The position numbers and the translations under genes are program-made. This document shows positions 22,998 through 26,186 of a stretch of DNA of 26,186 nucleotides, piece by piece. How positions within the stretch are numbered: position 1 is the stretch's first letter; every line of letters starts with the position of its first letter. Origin of the DNA: an uncultured Akkermansia sp. (GTDB lineage Bacteria; Verrucomicrobiota; Verrucomicrobiia; Limisphaerales; UBA9464). Where the stretch lies: the NCBI GenBank assembly GCA_964509045.1, contig CAZDYB010000001.1, positions 5,083 through 31,268 on the forward strand. The letters are read 5' to 3'. The notes under the pieces were generated by a model that was not told the origin of the DNA, searched no databases, and saw nothing but the letters and a program-made list of their open reading frames with translations.

Positions 22998-25894
22998 ACC
23001 TCCTCCCCTCCCCTTCGTCCTTCGCGCCTCTCACACTCGCCCTCGGCCTCACCCTGTCCCTTCAGGCCCAGGAAACCGGTCTGATCGGTCACTGGGAGTT
23101 CGCACCGGAACGGACCCAGAACTCCGGCATGCGCGCCGTCTCCGGCCCCGGTGTCTCCTTCTTCTCCACCCCCAGCGTCCTCCGCGATCCGCCCCCAGCC
23201 CGCATCGAACTCCCCGGCCGCGACGAACGCATCGTCATCTCCTCCACCCTCGACAAATCCCAGCAACCCACCCGCGAAATGACCGCGGAAGCCTGGGTGC
23301 GCGTCGACCGCACCTCGAAATGGGGCGGCATCATCGGCGCCCTCCAGGACAACGGGGATTTCGAACGCGGATGGCTCCTCGGCTTCGTCGACAACCACTT
23401 CTCCCTCGCCATCGCCTCCGAAGGCGCCAAACGCCTCACCTATCTCGCCGCCACTCCCACCTTCGAAACCAATCGCTGGTATCACGTCGCCGGCACCTAT
23501 GACGGCGCCGAGATGCGCATCTTCGTCAATGGCACCCTCGCCGCCTCCAGTCGCGATCAGTCCGGCCCCATCCTCTACCCGCCCTCCGCTCCGTTCGTCA
23601 TCGGCGCCTATCAGGATGATGACGAACATTACCGTCTCACCGGAGCCATCCACGAAGTCCGCCTGCTCCGCCGCGCCCTCGCCCCCGCCGAACTCCTCGC
23701 CCGGTACCAGGCCCGCAAGGACCTCTTCCCCGAACCCACTCCCGCACCCCGTTTCTTCAAGCCCGAATACGGTCCCTTCGTCGATTGGCAGGATCGCCAT
23801 TCAGCCGTCGTCACCTGGGAATCCGCCGTCCCCCAACCCACCGCCCTCGACCTCGAACGTCCCGGCATCGGCACCCAACGCCTCGGCGATGGCCAATCCC
23901 GGACCTCCCACTCCATCACCCTCACCGAACTCGAACCCGACCTCGAATACCATTACCGCCTCGTCGCACCCTCCGAGGGCCCGCGCCAGGTCGTCTCCCG
24001 ACGCTATCAGTTCGACACCTCCTTCTACTACCGGCCCGCTCCCAGCCCCGCTCCCAGCCCCGCCGCTCCCGCCGGTCCCGCCGCACGCGCCCGCCAAATC
24101 CTCGACGCCGCCGGTGTCTCCAAGGGCTACGCAGTCCTGCTCGGTTCCCCCTCCGCCGCCCTCGCCATCGAACTCGTCCGGCACAGCGAGTTCGACCTCA
24201 TCCTCGTCGAACCCGATGCCTCCCGCATTCCCGCCCTCCGACGCGATCTCGATGCCGCCGGTGTACAGGGCATCCGCGCCGCCGTTCATCACGCCACCAC
24301 TTCCGAACTCCCCTATGGCGATCTCTTCGCCAACCTGGTCCTGGTCGAGAATGGACGTCCGCCGTTCATCAGCGCCACCGAGGCGCATCGCCTCATCCGT
24401 CCTTCCGGCGGGGTTTTCCTCGTCGATTCCGCCCAACCCGCCGACTCCGCCGCCTGGTCGCGGTGGCTCGCAGATTCCCCCCTCGCCAGCCTGACCATCG
24501 GCAAACCCGGCGCCGCACAACTCGCCTTCCATCGCCCTCGTCTCGCCGGTTCCGGCGATTGGTCCCATCAATATGGTGGCGCCGACAACTCCGCCTGCAG
24601 CCAGGACGAACTCGTCAAAGGCGATCTCGACGTCGCCTGGTGGGGTGATCCCGGCCCGCGCCCCATGCCCGATCGCGGCAACCGCAATCCCGCCCCTCTC
24701 AGCGTCAATGGCCGCCTCTTCGTCCAGGGCGACCGCGTCCTGTTCGGTCTCGATTCCTACAACGGCGCCATCCTCTGGAACTTCTCCGCCCCAGAGATCC
24801 GTCGCGCCAATGTCACCCGTGACTGCTCCAACATGTCCGCCGCCGGCGACCTCCTCTTCATCGTCCATGGCCGCTTCTGCCTCGGCATCGATGGCCAGAC
24901 CGGCAACCGCCGCATCCGACTCGCCGTTCCCACCTCGGACAATCAGGAAGAACGCGACTGGGGCTACATCGCCGCCGGATCCGATTTCATCGTCGGCAGC
25001 CGCGTGAAACGCGAATCCGCCTATCTCGGCGATGACGGCGAATGGTACGAGGAATTCGCCTCCGACCAGGTCAGCCGGGTCACCAGCGACCTGCTCTTTG
25101 CCCAGGATCCCGCCAACGGGAAGGTCCTCTGGGAATACCGCGGCGGTGCCATCCTCAACTCCACCATCACCCAGGGCGATGACATGGTGTTCTTCCTCGA
25201 AAGCCGGAATCCCGCCGCCATCAACGCCCCCAACGCCCGACTCGATCCCGCCGTCCTGACCGAACAGTTCCTGGTCGCCCTCGACCGCAAGACCGGCCGC
25301 AAGCTCTGGGAAAAGGATCACGACTTCAGTTCGCTCGAATTCATGAGCTACCTCGTCTACGGCAACAATTCCGTCGTCGTCACCGGCACCGACCGCCGCA
25401 AACACTTCCACACCTTCGCCTTCAATGCCCCGTCCTCCAAGGCCCCGAAATCCGGTGGCGATGACATCGCCAACGCCATCGGCGGTCGCCTCCTCTGGTC
25501 CGAATCCCACAAGGAAGACAAGGGACATCACAGCGGTCACCTCCAGCATCCCGTCGTCATCGGCGACACCTTCTATTCCGACCAACGCTCCTTCAACATG
25601 GTCACCGGCGAACTCCTCAGTAAGGATCTCCCCGAACGTCGCGGATGCGGCGTCATGTCCGCCGCCAAGGGTGCCATCTTCTTCCGCCATTACTTCCACG
25701 GCATGTGGGATCTCGAATCCGACAAACGTCAGCAGTTCCTCGGCATCCGTTCCGGTTGCTGGCTCAGCCTGATCCCTGCCGGCGGATTCCTCCTCGCCCC
25801 CGAAACCAGCGCCGGTTGCTCCTGCACCCACGCCATCCAGACCTCCGTCGGTTACATCCCCCGCAGCCTCACCGCCCGAGGTCAGGGCAAGTAG
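22994..25894 (+). CDS. Secreted multidomain protein: LamG/ConA, FN3-like, methyltransferase-like fold, PQQ-like beta-propeller; 966 aa
   Basis: ATGA overlap; signal peptide ending SLQA. LamG: TAEAWV..WYHVAGTYDG..FVNG. FN3-like: SAVVTW..LTELEPDLEYHYRL. MTase-like: LVEPD..LPY..FANLVL..IRPSGG. Propeller blades LDSYNGAILW, QDPANGKVLW, LDRKTGRKLW. Confidence 0.88.
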   Translation: MNLLPSPSSFAPLTLALGLTLSLQAQETGLIGHWEFAPERTQNSGMRAVSGPGVSFFSTPSVLRDPPPARIELPGRDERIVISSTLDKSQQPTREMTAEAWVRVDRTSKWGGIIGALQDNGDFERGWLLGFVDNHFSLAIASEGAKRLTYLAATPTFETNRWYHVAGTYDGAEMRIFVNGTLAASSRDQSGPILYPPSAPFVIGAYQDDDEHYRLTGAIHEVRLLRRALAPAELLARYQARKDLFPEPTPAPRFFKPEYGPFVDWQDRHSAVVTWESAVPQPTALDLERPGIGTQRLGDGQSRTSHSITLTELEPDLEYHYRLVAPSEGPRQVVSRRYQFDTSFYYRPAPSPAPSPAAPAGPAARARQILDAAGVSKGYAVLLGSPSAALAIELVRHSEFDLILVEPDASRIPALRRDLDAAGVQGIRAAVHHATTSELPYGDLFANLVLVENGRPPFISATEAHRLIRPSGGVFLVDSAQPADSAAWSRWLADSPLASLTIGKPGAAQLAFHRPRLAGSGDWSHQYGGADNSACSQDELVKGDLDVAWWGDPGPRPMPDRGNRNPAPLSVNGRLFVQGDRVLFGLDSYNGAILWNFSAPEIRRANVTRDCSNMSAAGDLLFIVHGRFCLGIDGQTGNRRIRLAVPTSDNQEERDWGYIAAGSDFIVGSRVKRESAYLGDDGEWYEEFASDQVSRVTSDLLFAQDPANGKVLWEYRGGAILNSTITQGDDMVFFLESRNPAAINAPNARLDPAVLTEQFLVALDRKTGRKLWEKDHDFSSLEFMSYLVYGNNSVVVTGTDRRKHFHTFAFNAPSSKAPKSGGDDIANAIGGRLLWSESHKEDKGHHSGHLQHPVVIGDTFYSDQRSFNMVTGELLSKDLPERRGCGVMSAAKGAIFFRHYFHGMWDLESDKRQQFLGIRSGCWLSLIPAGGFLLAPETSAGCSCTHAIQTSVGYIPRSLTARGQGK

Positions 25895-25986
25895 TCACGG
25901 CCTCGACGTCCACGGGAACATCCCCATCCACGCCCCCGCCTGCGCCCAGGCTCGAACTCGTGGGCAGCGGTTCGCGATCCCCTTCA

Positions 25987-26024
25987 CATCAACTTCGTGT
26001 TGCACCTGCAACACGAAGTTGATG
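25987..26024. repeat. Perfect long palindrome (18-bp arms, 2-nt CC centre), REP-like, copy 2
   Basis: catcaacttcgtgttgca-cc-tgcaacacgaagttgatg. The 34-bp core is identical to copy 1. Lies 92 nt after the last stop of the long + run. Confidence 0.9.
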
Positions 26025-26081
26025 CGATTTCGACCGACCCCAGGCTCAACGGAATCACTCCACCGAAAAACAGGGGTTGAA

Positions 26082-26108
26082 ACCGCAGATGGCGTAGATG
26101 GCGCAGAT
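26082..26108 (+). repeat. Triple 9-bp tandem repeat
   Basis: accgcagat/ggcgtagat/ggcgcagat; same CGCAGAT unit as 195-221. Confidence 0.7.
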
Positions 26109-26186
26109 GATGAGGAAGTTGCGGAGTGGGAGGATCGCATCGCGTGGATGAGTTCGGCGGCGCATGGATGCCCCCGTCCAACCCTT

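Noticed and set aside
24035-24058. 12-bp tandem repeat cccgctcccagc x2
   Set aside because: In-frame PAPS-PAPS linker between domains; ordinary low-complexity sequence.
6437-25831. Long antisense ORFs (e.g. 6437-8371, 15001-16296, 19487-20770, 23801-25831 on -; 10443-12326 on +)
   Set aside because: These are shadow frames of well-supported genes. The strong third-position bias removes antisense stops, and the products are low-complexity with no motifs.
21573-25894. PQQ-dependent dehydrogenase or BamB call for the propeller proteins
   Set aside because: Only the generic Trp-docking blade repeat is seen. There are no recognisable quinoprotein active-site motifs, no pqq genes and no BamB lipoprotein context.
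2593-26022. CRISPR repeats (34-bp palindromic unit)
   Set aside because: Only two copies, 23.4 kb apart, with no spacer array and no cas genes.
1-26186. Prophage, IS or integrative element
   Set aside because: No integrase, transposase, relaxase or phage structural motifs in any supported ORF.

Overview
High-GC bacterial window, probably Verrucomicrobia or another PVC-superphylum member. That placement is inferred from the FATTRWS-type ECF sigma plus Ser/Thr kinase-WD40 pair, the ispB-ECF-LLALKRHE anti-sigma arrangement and the large PQQ-like propeller proteins. Gene order: 5' end of a secreted protein (-), M13 metallopeptidase (+), orphan lipoprotein (-), aromatic-Pro repeat protein followed by mlaE-mlaF-mlaD (+), ECF sigma and membrane Ser/Thr kinase-WD40 (-). 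Then comes a 13.4-kb, 12-gene + strand run: ispB, ECF sigma, putative anti-sigma, tandem two-domain modA, modB, modC, a degenerate HesA-type ThiF protein, a secreted membrane-anchored unknown protein, an FtsX/MacB-type permease, a LolD-type ATPase and two secreted beta-propeller proteins. No rRNA, intact tRNA, integrase, transposase or CRISPR array was seen. There are three best leads. (1) The modA2BC-hesA-type VII ABC-propeller cluster, which has Cys-substituted binding sites and recurring CxC motifs. (2) An Mla/Mce operon with no mlaA, mlaB or mlaC, headed by an unrecognised repeat protein. (3) An identical 34-bp perfect palindrome with a CC centre, present twice 23.4 kb apart. All calls come from reading motifs by eye; no searches were run.
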